Shown in pieces: positions 21,173 to 31,640 of a stretch of DNA of 64,000 nt. Each line of letters begins with the position of its first letter. Within the stretch, counting starts at the first letter, position 1. Where the stretch lies: NCBI GenBank assembly GCA_965237525.1, contig CBDEFO010000008.1, forward strand, positions 1,216,001 to 1,280,000, read 5' to 3'. Source of the DNA: Candidatus Latescibacterota bacterium (lineage in GTDB: Bacteria; Latescibacterota; CBDEFO01). The notes beneath the pieces are model-generated. The model did not search any database and was not told the origin of the DNA. It saw nothing but the letters and a program-made list of their open reading frames with translations. The position numbers and the translations under genes are program-made.

Positions 21173-21560
21173 ATGGTTTGCCCTTACTGTCCAATAGAAA
21201 ACGATCCTGATAACAAAGTTATTTTTTGCAACGACATTTGCCTATACGTCGAAAATGAAAAATACCAAGGAGCTTTAAGGCATTCTGGGATTATTATTCC
21301 AGTAAAACATTAGGAGAACAGTATTTGAACTTACTCAAGAAGAAATAATAGCGACATTTGAACTTCTCAAAACGGTGAAATCATGGATGGACGACAACTT
21401 TCAACCAGACGGCTACAACATTGGTTGGAATTGTGAAAGAGTTGGTGGCCAAGAGGTCCTCCATGCTCATATGCACGTTATTCCACGTTTTAAGGATGAA
21501 CCCTTGTCTGGAGAGGGAATTCGTTCATTCTTAAAACTGGGGCTTCGCCGCTCGCAATAA
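21173..21560 (+). pseudogene. HIT family protein, frameshifted
   Basis: CPYC start and IIIPVKH, frame change at about 21310, then GYNIGWN..HAHMHVIPR. Confidence 0.85.
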
Positions 21561-21668
21561 CCAAAAGGTCAACATCAGGCAATGTCATTAGCACCCCCGA
21601 TTTATCCGGGGGCAGCGAAGCAATTTCGCAGAAAGAAAGATCGGAAAAATAGAGTGAGGTAGAATACA

Positions 21669-21944
21669 GTGTCCTTTCTATTACTTTGTCCCAACTGCGG
21701 CGACCGCGGCGTATATCAATTTCGCTTCGGTGAAGCCGTAAAGCCGCGCCCAGCTTCAGATGCGACTCAGGAGGAGTGGCTGCAATACGGTTATTACAAG
21801 GAGAATGAGGCCGGTGTTCAAAAAGAATGGTGGTACCATTCCCTTGGCTGTCGGCAGTGGTTCTTTGCCCTGCGGAACACATTGACTAACGAGGTACTGG
21901 AGACGTTTTTGCCTGAGGTCAAACGACAGTCCGCAGAGACTTGA
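21669..21944 (+). CDS. soxD: Sarcosine oxidase delta-like / N-methylglutamate dehydrogenase subunit
   Basis: CPNCGDR..EWWYHSLGCRQWF..RNT. Confidence 0.9.
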   Translation: MSFLLLCPNCGDRGVYQFRFGEAVKPRPASDATQEEWLQYGYYKENEAGVQKEWWYHSLGCRQWFFALRNTLTNEVLETFLPEVKRQSAET

Positions 21945-22011
21945 CTCTCTATTTTAGTAACAGATAAATGTGAGGGCGAGTATATCTCGCCCCTACAGAT
22001 TTGGGAAAGAG

Positions 22012-24732
22012 ATGATCACAATCTTCTTCAACGGTAAACCGATCCAAGCCCAGGAAGGCGATACGGTGGCGTCAGCGCTCTATCGGAACGGCATGCGCAT
22101 TTTCACCCGCAGTTTCAAGTATCACCGTCCTCGGGGTCTACTTTGCCTGGCTGGAAATTGCCCCAACTGCCTCATGAACGTGAACGGCACACCGAATGTC
22201 CGCACCTGCACCACCTCTGTCCATGAGGGGATGAAGGTTAAGCACCAAAACGCATATCCGTCCCTCGAACACGACTGGCTGTCCACGTTAAAGTGGTTCG
22301 ATTGGTTGATGCCAGTCGGATTCTACTACAAGACCTTTATTAATCCCCATCTGTGGCGCTTTGTGGAGCCTATGATCAGAAAAGTCGCTGGACTCGGAGA
22401 GATCCCAGATTCCAGATCTCAGAGTAAATATGAGCATGTTCACCTGAAAACTGACATCGCGATTGTCGGAGGCGGGCCCGCTGGGCTAATGGCTGCCATA
22501 GATTCTGCTAAGACCCACGGCAGTGTGACACTGATCGATGATCAGCCGGAGTTGGGCGGCCACCTGCGCTATCAAAAGTGCACCTTCAATGGCTATGGAG
22601 AGGGGATGTCCGGACTGCGGGGCGTTGAAATTGCCCGGAGGCTATCCGATCAGGTTGAAGCACTGCCCAATATTTGCGTGATCAGAGACGCCTCATGCTT
22701 TGGCTTTTACGAAGGGAATCTTTTAGGTATCGTCCAGCACAATCTGCGACCGGAGGGAGCGGATCGCTTGATTCACCTGCGGACAGGGCACATCACCGTG
22801 GCGACCGGAGCCTATGAAGTCCCGATGGTCTTTGAAAACAACGACCTGGTCGGCATAATGTTTTCAACCGCAATCCAACGACTCGTGAACGCTCACGGCA
22901 TCAAGCCAGCAGAAAACGCCGTGATTATCTCAGACGAAGAGGACGGAGGACAGGTAGCCGATGACCTTAGAGAGGCAGACGTAGAGATCGCTGCCATTAT
23001 CCGGCCAGGCGATGTCGTGGCGGCCAGGGGCAACGGGAAGGTCGCTGGAATCAAAACAAAAGATCGGCACATAGCCTGCGATCTTATCGTAGTCTGTGGC
23101 CCCAAGGTGCCAGATGTGGGTCTGATCGCCCAGGCAGGTGGAAAATTGGAATGGGACGAGCAGAAAGGAGCGTTCGTGCCCGCTGATCTGCCCCCTTACG
23201 TCACCGTCGTCGGAGATGTGACAGGTGAGTCGCTTAGACACCGGCGCGAGGCGACCCGACCCCTTACAAAGGAATCGTTCATCTGCCTGTGCGAGGACGT
23301 GACGGCCAGGGATATATGCGACGCCATCGATGAGGGATTCGATCAGATGGAGACTCTTAAGCGCTACACAACTGTCTCTATGGGACCCTGCCAGGGGAAG
23401 ATGTGCAAACTTGCGTCCATTGATATCTGTGCGCGCCAGACCCAAAGGACGATTGGAGAGACCGGGACGATCACGTCTCGTCCTCCGACTCCGCCCGTAT
23501 CGCTTGGCGCCCTTGCGGGGGCACGGCACCATCCTATTAAGCGCACGCCCATGGACAGCAAACACGATGAGTTGGACTGCGCGTGGACGGATATGGGCGA
23601 GTGGAAACGGGCGCATCACTATAAACAGCAAGATGTAGGAGACCAAAGAGGGGCTGTGGAGATGGAATATCGGGCGGTTAGAGAGGGAGTCGGCATAATC
23701 GACGTGAGCACCCTGGGGAAGTTAGACGTGAAGGGGAAAGACGCCCACAAGCTCCTGGATAAAGTCTACACGAATCGCCTGTCAGACCTGCGCATCGGGA
23801 GGGTGCGTTACTCGGTCATCCTGGACGACACAGGCATCATCCTGGACGACGGCACGATCTCCCGGCTATCCGACGATCACTTCTTTATCACCACCACAAC
23901 GGGCAACATTGAATTTGCGCAGCAATGGCTCGAATGGTGGGCAGTGGAAACGGGCTGGTGCGTCCACATCACCAACGTTACCGGAGGCCTTGCCGCCATC
24001 AATGTAGCCGGACCGATGGCGCGGGATGTGCTCTCGAAGCTTACGGACTGCGACCTAAGCACGAAGGCGTTTCCTTATATGGCATGCCGTCGTGCGGAGA
24101 TGGGTAAGGTGGACGAGGAGTCGGCTACACGCCATTTTAGAGCTTTCGGAGAAGTGGGCGGCGTGCCCTCCTTGTTGCTCAGAATCGGATTCGTCGGCGA
24201 GATGGGCTGGGAGATACACTTCCCCGCCGAATACGGAGAGTATCTGTGGGACGCCATAATGGAGGTGGGCAAAGAGTTCGGCATAGTGCCCTTCGGGGTG
24301 GAGGCGCAGCGGATTCTGAGGCTCGAAAAGAGACACATCATCGTAGGGGTTGATACTGACGCCACGAGCAATCCCATAAGTGCAGATATGTTCTGGGCTG
24401 CGAAGATGGACAAGGAGGACTTCATCGGCAGGGCGGCGATTCTACGGATTCAAAAATACGGGATCCGGGAAAAGTCGGTCGGATTTGTGATGCAGGACGA
24501 TGTTGTTCCCGAAGACGGAAACGCAATTGGGCTAAATGGCAAGCCCGTCGGTCGAGTCACCAGCGTACGGTTTTCCCCCTTCCAAGGCAAGGCCGTCGGT
24601 CTTGCGTGGGTGCCCCCGGAGCTATCAGGTGATGGACAGGAGATTCAGATCCATGTCGATGGACAGGTGGCTAACGCTCAGATCACATCCAACATATTCT
24701 ATGACCCTGAAGGGAAGAGGCTGAGGAGCTGA
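22012..24732 (+). CDS. soxA: Sarcosine oxidase alpha-like / N-methylglutamate dehydrogenase subunit
   Basis: RSFKYHRPRG, GGGPAG, KRYTT..GPCQG and GcvT-like C-terminus; ATG 22012 chosen because 21973-21996 is a REP. Confidence 0.9.
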   Translation: MITIFFNGKPIQAQEGDTVASALYRNGMRIFTRSFKYHRPRGLLCLAGNCPNCLMNVNGTPNVRTCTTSVHEGMKVKHQNAYPSLEHDWLSTLKWFDWLMPVGFYYKTFINPHLWRFVEPMIRKVAGLGEIPDSRSQSKYEHVHLKTDIAIVGGGPAGLMAAIDSAKTHGSVTLIDDQPELGGHLRYQKCTFNGYGEGMSGLRGVEIARRLSDQVEALPNICVIRDASCFGFYEGNLLGIVQHNLRPEGADRLIHLRTGHITVATGAYEVPMVFENNDLVGIMFSTAIQRLVNAHGIKPAENAVIISDEEDGGQVADDLREADVEIAAIIRPGDVVAARGNGKVAGIKTKDRHIACDLIVVCGPKVPDVGLIAQAGGKLEWDEQKGAFVPADLPPYVTVVGDVTGESLRHRREATRPLTKESFICLCEDVTARDICDAIDEGFDQMETLKRYTTVSMGPCQGKMCKLASIDICARQTQRTIGETGTITSRPPTPPVSLGALAGARHHPIKRTPMDSKHDELDCAWTDMGEWKRAHHYKQQDVGDQRGAVEMEYRAVREGVGIIDVSTLGKLDVKGKDAHKLLDKVYTNRLSDLRIGRVRYSVILDDTGIILDDGTISRLSDDHFFITTTTGNIEFAQQWLEWWAVETGWCVHITNVTGGLAAINVAGPMARDVLSKLTDCDLSTKAFPYMACRRAEMGKVDEESATRHFRAFGEVGGVPSLLLRIGFVGEMGWEIHFPAEYGEYLWDAIMEVGKEFGIVPFGVEAQRILRLEKRHIIVGVDTDATSNPISADMFWAAKMDKEDFIGRAAILRIQKYGIREKSVGFVMQDDVVPEDGNAIGLNGKPVGRVTSVRFSPFQGKAVGLAWVPPELSGDGQEIQIHVDGQVANAQITSNIFYDPEGKRLRS

Positions 24733-25382
24733 TGGCAGCGACTTTTAGACCCATCAAACGCACAGCTCTCCATCGCAGACACGTGGCGCTCGGCGCGAAG
24801 ATGGGCGACTACCACGGTTGGCAGGTGGCGGAGCATTTCACTTCTTCGGAAGAGGAGGCCCAGGGCGTCCGAGAGGGCGTGGGGCTGGCAGATATGAGTT
24901 GGATGGGAAAGTTGGACGTAAAGGGGAACGATTTAAGAGACGGAGAATGGAAGATAGCTAACGCCTCCGTCTGGAAGCTGGCCAGAGGTCATATTCTCGT
25001 CACCTGTGAGCCATCGGACATTGATAACTCAACGCAAGAGATCCAAAGCGCAGGCGGAGATTGCGTGCATATTACCGATGTGACGTCCGTCTATTGCGCG
25101 TTGCATTTAGCGGGACCAAAGAGTCGACACGTACTTAACAAGTTGACATCGTTGGATATCTGCGAGGGGGCGATGCCGAACCTCTCCTGTGGCCAGACTA
25201 GTCTGGCAGAGGCACACTCAATCGTCCTGCGCAGGGACGTGGGCGATCTTCCCGCGTATCAGCTCCTTATTGGACGGGAGTACGGCGAATACATCTGGGA
25301 CGCCCTGATGCACGCGGGGGATGAGTTCAGTATTGTAGCTCTCGGACTTAAGGCCCAAAGGCAGATAGAAAGCGAAGAGTAG
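24732..25382 (+). CDS. soxG: Sarcosine oxidase gamma-like / GcvT-like subunit
   Basis: Folate-binding GcvT fold (RTALH..GLADMS..LAGP); coupled to the soxA stop. Confidence 0.75.
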   Translation: MAATFRPIKRTALHRRHVALGAKMGDYHGWQVAEHFTSSEEEAQGVREGVGLADMSWMGKLDVKGNDLRDGEWKIANASVWKLARGHILVTCEPSDIDNSTQEIQSAGGDCVHITDVTSVYCALHLAGPKSRHVLNKLTSLDICEGAMPNLSCGQTSLAEAHSIVLRRDVGDLPAYQLLIGREYGEYIWDALMHAGDEFSIVALGLKAQRQIESEE

Positions 25383-25475
25383 CTGAGACACTCGTGTCCC
25401 ACCACTGTCGGGGCTTGCTATCTCACGATCAAAGCGGACACGCCGCCATCTGTCTGAAGGAAGGCAATAGTAGTC

Positions 25476-26690
25476 ATGCTCCAGCTATTTCGAAAAAGAC
25501 GAATGTGGGGTAGGCACGACCTGAAGAAGAGCTACGACGTCGTCATCATCGGTGCTGGCGTTCACGGTCTGGCGACAGCCTACTATCTGGGGGTAGAGCA
25601 CGGCATTACTGATATCGCTCTCCTGGAGAGAGGCTATCTCGGCACCGGCAGCAGCGGACGCAATACCGCTATTGTCCGGGCCAACTACCGCACACCTGAA
25701 GGCATCTCATTTTACGCAGAGTCGCTCAAGCTCTACGAGGAGATGTCCAAAACCTTGGGTTGGAACGTCCTGCTCAATCAGTGCGGACATCTGACGCTCG
25801 GGCACACGGATTCTGCCGTCAACGGACTGAGAGTGCGCGCCGGGGCGAATCAACTGCTCGGCGTGGACAGCAGAATTATCTACCCCGATGAGATAAAAAG
25901 GCTTGTTCCTCACATCGATATAAGCAATTCCCCGCGCTATCCGATACTGGCCGCGCTCTATCATCCGCCAGGGGGCATCATCCGCCATGACGCTGTCGTC
26001 TGGGGATACGCCCGGGAGTGCGACCGAATGGGTATGCATATTCACACATTTACGGAGGCGGTCGGCATCAACCGCGACGGAAAAAGGGCAACGAGTGTTG
26101 TTACTAATCGCGGTGAGATTTCAACTAAAGCTGTCACAAACTGTACTGCGGGATGGGCAAGCACGATATGCAAGATGGTAGATATTCAGGTCCCCATCGT
26201 CTCGAAGCCGCTGCAAGCCTGTGTAACCGAACCCCTGAAACCCTTTCTGGACAAGGTGATCGTATCTGCGAACCTGCACGTTTATGTCAATCAGACTGAC
26301 CGAGGCGAAATCGTCATCGGTTCGGAGATCGACCCCTATCAGTCGTACAGCATGAAGGGCACACTTCCCACGCTGGAGCAGATGGCGACCTACACACTCG
26401 ACCTCTTCCCACATCTTCACAGTGTCAGTGTGCTGAGACAGTGGGCGGGAATCTGCGATATGACACCCGACTTTGCGCCTATAATAGGAAATGTGGAGGG
26501 ACTTGATGGCTTTTACCTGGACGTTGGATGGGGGACTTATGGCTTCAAGGCTGGCCCTATTGCAGGCAAGTGCTTAGCGGAGTTGATCGCCACCAAAAAG
26601 ACTCCCGAACTGATTGAACCGTTTGCTCTGTCGCGCTTTGAAAAGGATCGGCTCGTCGGAGAAAGGGCGGCAGCAGCGGTTTCGCACTAA
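25476..26690 (+). CDS. soxB: Sarcosine oxidase beta-like / N-methylglutamate dehydrogenase FAD subunit
   Basis: GAGVHGLATAYYL, GRNT, RHDAVVWGYAR and GWGTYGFKA motifs. Confidence 0.92.
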   Translation: MLQLFRKRRMWGRHDLKKSYDVVIIGAGVHGLATAYYLGVEHGITDIALLERGYLGTGSSGRNTAIVRANYRTPEGISFYAESLKLYEEMSKTLGWNVLLNQCGHLTLGHTDSAVNGLRVRAGANQLLGVDSRIIYPDEIKRLVPHIDISNSPRYPILAALYHPPGGIIRHDAVVWGYARECDRMGMHIHTFTEAVGINRDGKRATSVVTNRGEISTKAVTNCTAGWASTICKMVDIQVPIVSKPLQACVTEPLKPFLDKVIVSANLHVYVNQTDRGEIVIGSEIDPYQSYSMKGTLPTLEQMATYTLDLFPHLHSVSVLRQWAGICDMTPDFAPIIGNVEGLDGFYLDVGWGTYGFKAGPIAGKCLAELIATKKTPELIEPFALSRFEKDRLVGERAAAAVSH

Positions 26691-26752
26691 GTAGGGGCAG
26701 ACCCGTGTGTCTGCCCCTAAAATAGGGGCGAACACATAGGTTCGCCCCTACA
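26691..26752. repeat. Inverted GTAG REP doublet
   Basis: gtaggggcagacccgtgtgtctgcccc..ggggcgaacacataggttcgcccctac. Confidence 0.8.
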
Positions 26753-26771
26753 TAATTCGGAGGTAACGACT

Positions 26772-28106
26772 GTGACATTGGACCAAGTTAAGGCGCTGGT
26801 GGTGGATAAGGGTATCGAGTTTTTCCTCTGCAGTTTTGTGGAGATGAGCGGAGCGCCAAAAGCAAAGGTTGTGCCGGCTGAATATCTGGAAGACATGGCA
26901 TCCGAAGGCGCTGGATTTGCAGGGTTTGCGGCTGGGGAAATCGGTCAGGGCCCGCACGATCCGGACATGGCGAGCATTCCCGACTTCAATTCGCTTGCAA
27001 TCGTGCCGTGGAAAAAAAACATCGCCTGGGTGGCGGGAAGTGTGCATGTGGGTGAAAATGAGTGGCATTACTGTCCGCGCACCATATTGCGGTCTATGCT
27101 GAAAAAGGCAAGGGATAAAGGCTATACCTTTAACTTGGGTGTCGAGGCGGAGTTCATGCTGTTGAAAAAAAATGAACACGATGCCTACATGCCGTGGGAC
27201 ACGCTCGACACATTAGGCAAACCGTGCTACGATATGAGGGCCCTGCATCGCAATCTTGATGTGATGACGACTCTCTTAAAATACATGCAGGAATTAGGGT
27301 GGGCTCCCTACGCCAACGACCACGAGGACGCCAATTGCCAGTTTGAGCTTAACTGGGTCTTTAAGGATGCGCTTACCACAGCAGACCAGCATACCTTCTT
27401 CAAATGGATGGTCAAGACCGTTGCCGAAGCAAACGGGCTTTTAGCAACCTTTATGCCCAAGCCCTTTGCAAATCTGACGGGCAACGGGGCGCATTTTCAC
27501 ATGAGTCTATGGGATGAGAAGAACCAGACTAACCTCTTTCTAGATGAGAAAGATGAAAACGGGCTGTCCGAGCTTGCCTATTGGTTTACTGGTGGAGTGC
27601 TCCGTCACGCCAAAGCTCTTACGGCCGTCACCAATCCCCTCACCAACAGCTACAAGCGGCTTATTCGCGGCGCGCCAAGAAGTGGGGCAACCTGGGCACC
27701 TGTCTATGTCACCTATGGCGGGAGCAACCGGACACAGATGATTCGCATCCCCGGGCCCGGGCGCATCGAAAGCCGTGTGGGCGACGGCGCGGCCAATCCC
27801 TATCTTGCCTGCGCAGTGCTGCTTGCCGCTGGGATGGATGGCATCGAAAACAAAATTGACCCGGGAGAGCGAAACGATGACAATCTCTACGAAGTAGACG
27901 AAAACGAACTATCTGAGCGCGGTATCGATTTCTTGCCGTCGATGCTCGGCGAAGCCCTCGACTGTCTGGAAAAAGACGAGGTAATCAAAAGCGCCCTTGG
28001 CCAAGAGTATGCCGACTACTACATCCAAGTTAAGCGCAAAGAGTGGGAGCAGTATCACCTCTCGATCAGTCAGTGGGAGATAGACAATTACCTCGGGCTT
28101 TACTAA
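26772..28106 (+). CDS. gmaS: Gamma-glutamylmethylamide synthetase (GlnT-like glutamine synthetase)
   Basis: GAGFAGFA, DHEDANCQFE, SGATWAP and NRTQMIRIP motifs; sits with mgs/sox genes. Confidence 0.88.
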   Translation: MTLDQVKALVVDKGIEFFLCSFVEMSGAPKAKVVPAEYLEDMASEGAGFAGFAAGEIGQGPHDPDMASIPDFNSLAIVPWKKNIAWVAGSVHVGENEWHYCPRTILRSMLKKARDKGYTFNLGVEAEFMLLKKNEHDAYMPWDTLDTLGKPCYDMRALHRNLDVMTTLLKYMQELGWAPYANDHEDANCQFELNWVFKDALTTADQHTFFKWMVKTVAEANGLLATFMPKPFANLTGNGAHFHMSLWDEKNQTNLFLDEKDENGLSELAYWFTGGVLRHAKALTAVTNPLTNSYKRLIRGAPRSGATWAPVYVTYGGSNRTQMIRIPGPGRIESRVGDGAANPYLACAVLLAAGMDGIENKIDPGERNDDNLYEVDENELSERGIDFLPSMLGEALDCLEKDEVIKSALGQEYADYYIQVKRKEWEQYHLSISQWEIDNYLGLY

Positions 28107-28241
28107 AAGTAGCCCCCGATTGAACCCCCAATTGTGATCCCCTATTGAATCTATAGGGGATTGAGGTTCGGGGGTGGACAGAATGTAGAGGAGAGGGTAC
28201 CTCGCCCCACTACTGCTTGCTAGATTCGGAGGAGTTCCGTA

Positions 28242-29411
28242 ATGACTTACGCCAAGTTGAATCCGCACGAAAGAACGCTTATGGGGCCTGGGCCCAGCAA
28301 CATTCATCCGAGAGTTTTTCAGGCTATGATAGCTCCTATCGTCGGCCATCTTGACCCCGACTACTTAGCAGTGATGAACGATATTCAGGAGCTCCTAAGA
28401 TATGTCTTTCAGACAGAGAACAAGATGACGATCTCCATATCCGGAACTGGATCGGCGGGAATGGAGACCTGCCTTTGCAATCTTTTGGAAGCGGGCGATA
28501 GGGCCGTAATCTGCATAAAGGGCTACTTCGGCGGCAGGATGTTAGACATAACCAAAAGGTGCGGCGCAGAGCCTATCGTTGTAGAGCAGGAATGGGGAAA
28601 GCCGATAGATCCTGAAGATGTGAAAGGGGCAGCACAAGGAAGCGGCGCCAAGCTGATAGCTATTGTTCACGCTGAGACTTCCACAGGGGTGCTTCAGCCA
28701 TTGGGAGAAATATCCCAAATAGCCGCAGATAACGATGCCCTCCTTGTGGTAGATGCTGTTACGTCTTTAGGAGGATGCGAATTGAAAATAGATGAATTGG
28801 GTATAGATGCAGCTTACAGCGGGACGCAAAAGTGTGTGGGATGTCCTCCGGGCTTATCGCCTGTGACGTTTAACGATAGGGCTATGAACGCGATTAAGTC
28901 CCGAAAATCCAAAGTCCAGACGCTCTACTTAGATATGACCTGGCTCGAAAAATACTGGACAGAGGAGAGGCTCTATCACCACACTGCGCCTATCTCCCTA
29001 CACTACGCTCTCAGAGAAGCCTTGATTCTGATAGAGGAGGAAGGTCTGGAAAATAGGTTTGCACGGCATATCAGAAATCACAAGGCTCTGGTTAGAGGAT
29101 TAGAGGCTATGGGACTCCAGATGCTGGTCGAAGATAGTTATCGCCTCCCAACCTTAAATACCGTAAGGATACCGGACGGCGTGGACGACGCAGTGGTTCG
29201 GAGCTTTTTGCTAAACGAGTACAACCTGGAGATAGGAGGCGGACTCGGAGAGCTTAAAGGGAAAATGTGGAGAGTCGGGTTGATGGGCTACACATCTGAT
29301 CCCAAGAACGTCTTATACTTCCTTTGTGCCCTTGAAGATGCCCTTAAAAGGCAGGGATATAAGGTCCCGGAGGGCGCCGGTTCTGCCGCCGCCTCTTCAA
29401 ATCTTAATTGA
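28242..29411 (+). CDS. Alanine/serine-glyoxylate aminotransferase (class V PLP)
   Basis: LMGPGPSN, HAETSTGV, SGTQKC and YHHTAP motifs. Confidence 0.9.
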   Translation: MTYAKLNPHERTLMGPGPSNIHPRVFQAMIAPIVGHLDPDYLAVMNDIQELLRYVFQTENKMTISISGTGSAGMETCLCNLLEAGDRAVICIKGYFGGRMLDITKRCGAEPIVVEQEWGKPIDPEDVKGAAQGSGAKLIAIVHAETSTGVLQPLGEISQIAADNDALLVVDAVTSLGGCELKIDELGIDAAYSGTQKCVGCPPGLSPVTFNDRAMNAIKSRKSKVQTLYLDMTWLEKYWTEERLYHHTAPISLHYALREALILIEEEGLENRFARHIRNHKALVRGLEAMGLQMLVEDSYRLPTLNTVRIPDGVDDAVVRSFLLNEYNLEIGGGLGELKGKMWRVGLMGYTSDPKNVLYFLCALEDALKRQGYKVPEGAGSAAASSNLN

Positions 29412-29521
29412 TCGATCTAGCCTCTGATAGTAGCGGAAGCCCCCGGGTCGGCCCTGAAAAAGGGATGAATCGAGCAAACACATGGGTTGGCCCCTGAATA
29501 TGTTAGGGAGAGAAGAACTCT

Positions 29522-29770
29522 TTGGGGATAAAAGTAAGGATTCTCTCAAAGCCTGATTGTCATCTTTGCGATACAGCCAAAGAACGCATAAGACGTGTAC
29601 AGCACCTTGTGCCCTTCGATCTTGAGGAGATTGACATTTCGGTAGATAGCGATCTTTACAACAGATACAAAGAAAGAATTCCTGTAGTCGAGATAGATGG
29701 GGAAGAGGTGTTCGTCTACCGAGTCAGCGAGAAGATCCTCCTAAAGAGGATAAAAGAGAGGCAAAAATGA
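29522..29770 (+). CDS. Glutaredoxin-like protein (DUF836)
   Basis: SKPDCHLC..RIPVV. Confidence 0.85.
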   Translation: MGIKVRILSKPDCHLCDTAKERIRRVQHLVPFDLEEIDISVDSDLYNRYKERIPVVEIDGEEVFVYRVSEKILLKRIKERQK

Positions 29771-30246
29771 ATATCGCCATCGGAATGGGATCTGCATCAG
29801 GACAATCAATCGAGTACTACCGCAGAGCTGGGAGTGTATCTCACGTCACCATGGGCGCAGGGCCACCTCGAGCGCCGGGCGAAGACGTGACGAAAAGGGC
29901 GGTGGAATATCTCAAAGGGATAGTAAACAGCAAACAGTAGGGCAGATATTTTCGTCTTTAAGGCAATTTCTAGCCATGGCGAGCGGGAGATTGACTTGAA
30001 GGCACTATCTCAGGCACTTTTACGTACAGATACGAGAGGTACGCATCCTTGCAAACCGATAGGCGGCCGACGGCTTTAGATGAGGAGATACTTAATCACG
30101 CCAAGCTGGAGAAATTCTCGGCCGACGTTGAAGGCGCAAGCAGGATATGTCTGACAAAATTGTTCCAAGTAGTTGAATCTCTTTCATAACTTTTCCCTGT
30201 CTACTGGCTACCATCTGCTTACTTTTACCTGCCACTGTCTACTGAT

Positions 30247-30567
30247 TTATAGATAGTCCTCCCTCGGCGGGCTGAATATATCGAGCGCTCTAGCCGGACC
30301 TTCTACTACCTTTACGCTGTGTTCCACGTTGGGAGGAATAATATATGAATCCCCTTCCCTTAAAACCTTCGTCTCCCCACCGATAGTGAATTCTAATGCC
30401 CCGAAGAGGACTATACCTCCCTGTTCGTGCGGGTGGCTGTGATTTGTAACTTCAGAACCCTCTTCGATATCCACAAAAGAGAGCATAAGCTTCTCCCCCC
30501 CAACAGGACGTATCTTTATACCTTGAAAGACCTCTTTTACCCCAAGTTCGTCCAAGTTAATGTACAT
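30247..30567 (-). CDS. Cupin domain protein
   Basis: HSHPHEQ..IPPNVEH..DIFSPPREDY. Confidence 0.9.
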   Translation of the reverse strand: MYINLDELGVKEVFQGIKIRPVGGEKLMLSFVDIEEGSEVTNHSHPHEQGGIVLFGALEFTIGGETKVLREGDSYIIPPNVEHSVKVVEGPARALDIFSPPREDYL

Positions 30568-30590
30568 ACAAAACCTCCGTTGTAAGTACA

Positions 30591-30652
30591 GTGGGGCGAG
30601 GTAACCTCGCCCCTACATTATTTTCAGGGCAGACACATGGGTCTGCCCCTAC
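30591..30652 (-). repeat. GTAG REP doublet (empty-loop counterpart of 16486)
   Basis: Reverse complement gtaggggcagacccatgtgtctgccctgaaaataatgtaggggcgaggttacctcgcccc. Confidence 0.8.
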
Positions 30653-31419
30653 TGCCTTTCGCCTTTCCCTGTATACTGACTACTGTCTACTATCTTATTA
30701 GCCCCGTCTCTTGCCACAAGGTTGTTCACCTTCAAAAGGGCATCTATGGATTCCCCCGCGTCTCCCCACCACCCCTCCAATATCTCGTAAGTCATCTGAC
30801 CCATCTCTATGTAAGCGTTGTTCACGTCGGTTATCTCCAATTCTCCCCTTTGCGAGGGCTTGAGGTCCCCTATAATATTGAAGACTTTGTTGTCGTACAT
30901 ATACATGCCTGTGACCGCGTATTGGCTCTTAGCGACTTTGGGCTTTTCTTCGATTTGAACTACAGTGCCGTTTTGGAATTCGGGAACTCCGTAGCTTTCT
31001 GGATTTTCGACCTCGGCAAGCATTATCTTGGCCCCGTCTTCTTGCCTTCTGAAGCTCTCCACAGCCTTTATTATGTTGCCCTGTATTACATTGTCCCCTA
31101 ACATTAACACTAACTTACCTCCCCCGGCAAAGTGCTCTGTTAAGGAAACAGCCTGGGCTATCCCGCCGACTCCTTCCTGATAGGTGTAATCTAAATGCTT
31201 GAGTCCGAACTCCGCGCCGTTCCCCAAGAGTCTGAGGAAATCGCCGGCTCTTTCGCCTCCGGTGACGATCATGATCTCCTCTATCCCTGCGTTGACAAGC
31301 GTCTGAATGGGATAGAATATCATGGGCTTGTCATAGACTGGCAAGAGGTGTTTGTTGGTGATCTTGCTTAAGGAATAGAGCCTTGAACCTGTCCCTCCTG
31401 CTAAGACTACGCCTTTCAT
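30649..31419 (-). CDS. Glucose-1-phosphate thymidylyltransferase-like (RmlA/SpsI type)
   Basis: LAGGTGSRL, KHLLPVYDKPM and RGELEITD motifs; ATG at 31419. Confidence 0.9.
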   Translation of the reverse strand: MKGVVLAGGTGSRLYSLSKITNKHLLPVYDKPMIFYPIQTLVNAGIEEIMIVTGGERAGDFLRLLGNGAEFGLKHLDYTYQEGVGGIAQAVSLTEHFAGGGKLVLMLGDNVIQGNIIKAVESFRRQEDGAKIMLAEVENPESYGVPEFQNGTVVQIEEKPKVAKSQYAVTGMYMYDNKVFNIIGDLKPSQRGELEITDVNNAYIEMGQMTYEILEGWWGDAGESIDALLKVNNLVARDGANKIVDSSQYTGKGERQ

Positions 31420-31640
31420 GATGGTATTCTCCTGCTGACTACGAGATTGCTTCGCCCACTTCGCCACTTCGTGGTTTGTTGGTACTTCGTGATCCCTGCA
31501 AAAAGGGGTGGCAGCAACACACACAGTGCCCACGCTGCCTCGCATGACAGTATTTGCTTCTGCCCTAATCGCATTAGGCGAGGAGCAACGCTTCGAAGCG
31601 ATCTCATGGGTAGGGAGGTGGCGCCTCCCCTGTCTCATAT

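Noticed and set aside
29767..30200. Short ORF-like remnants after the glutaredoxin gene
   Set aside because: No recognisable motif; cannot be supported as genes.
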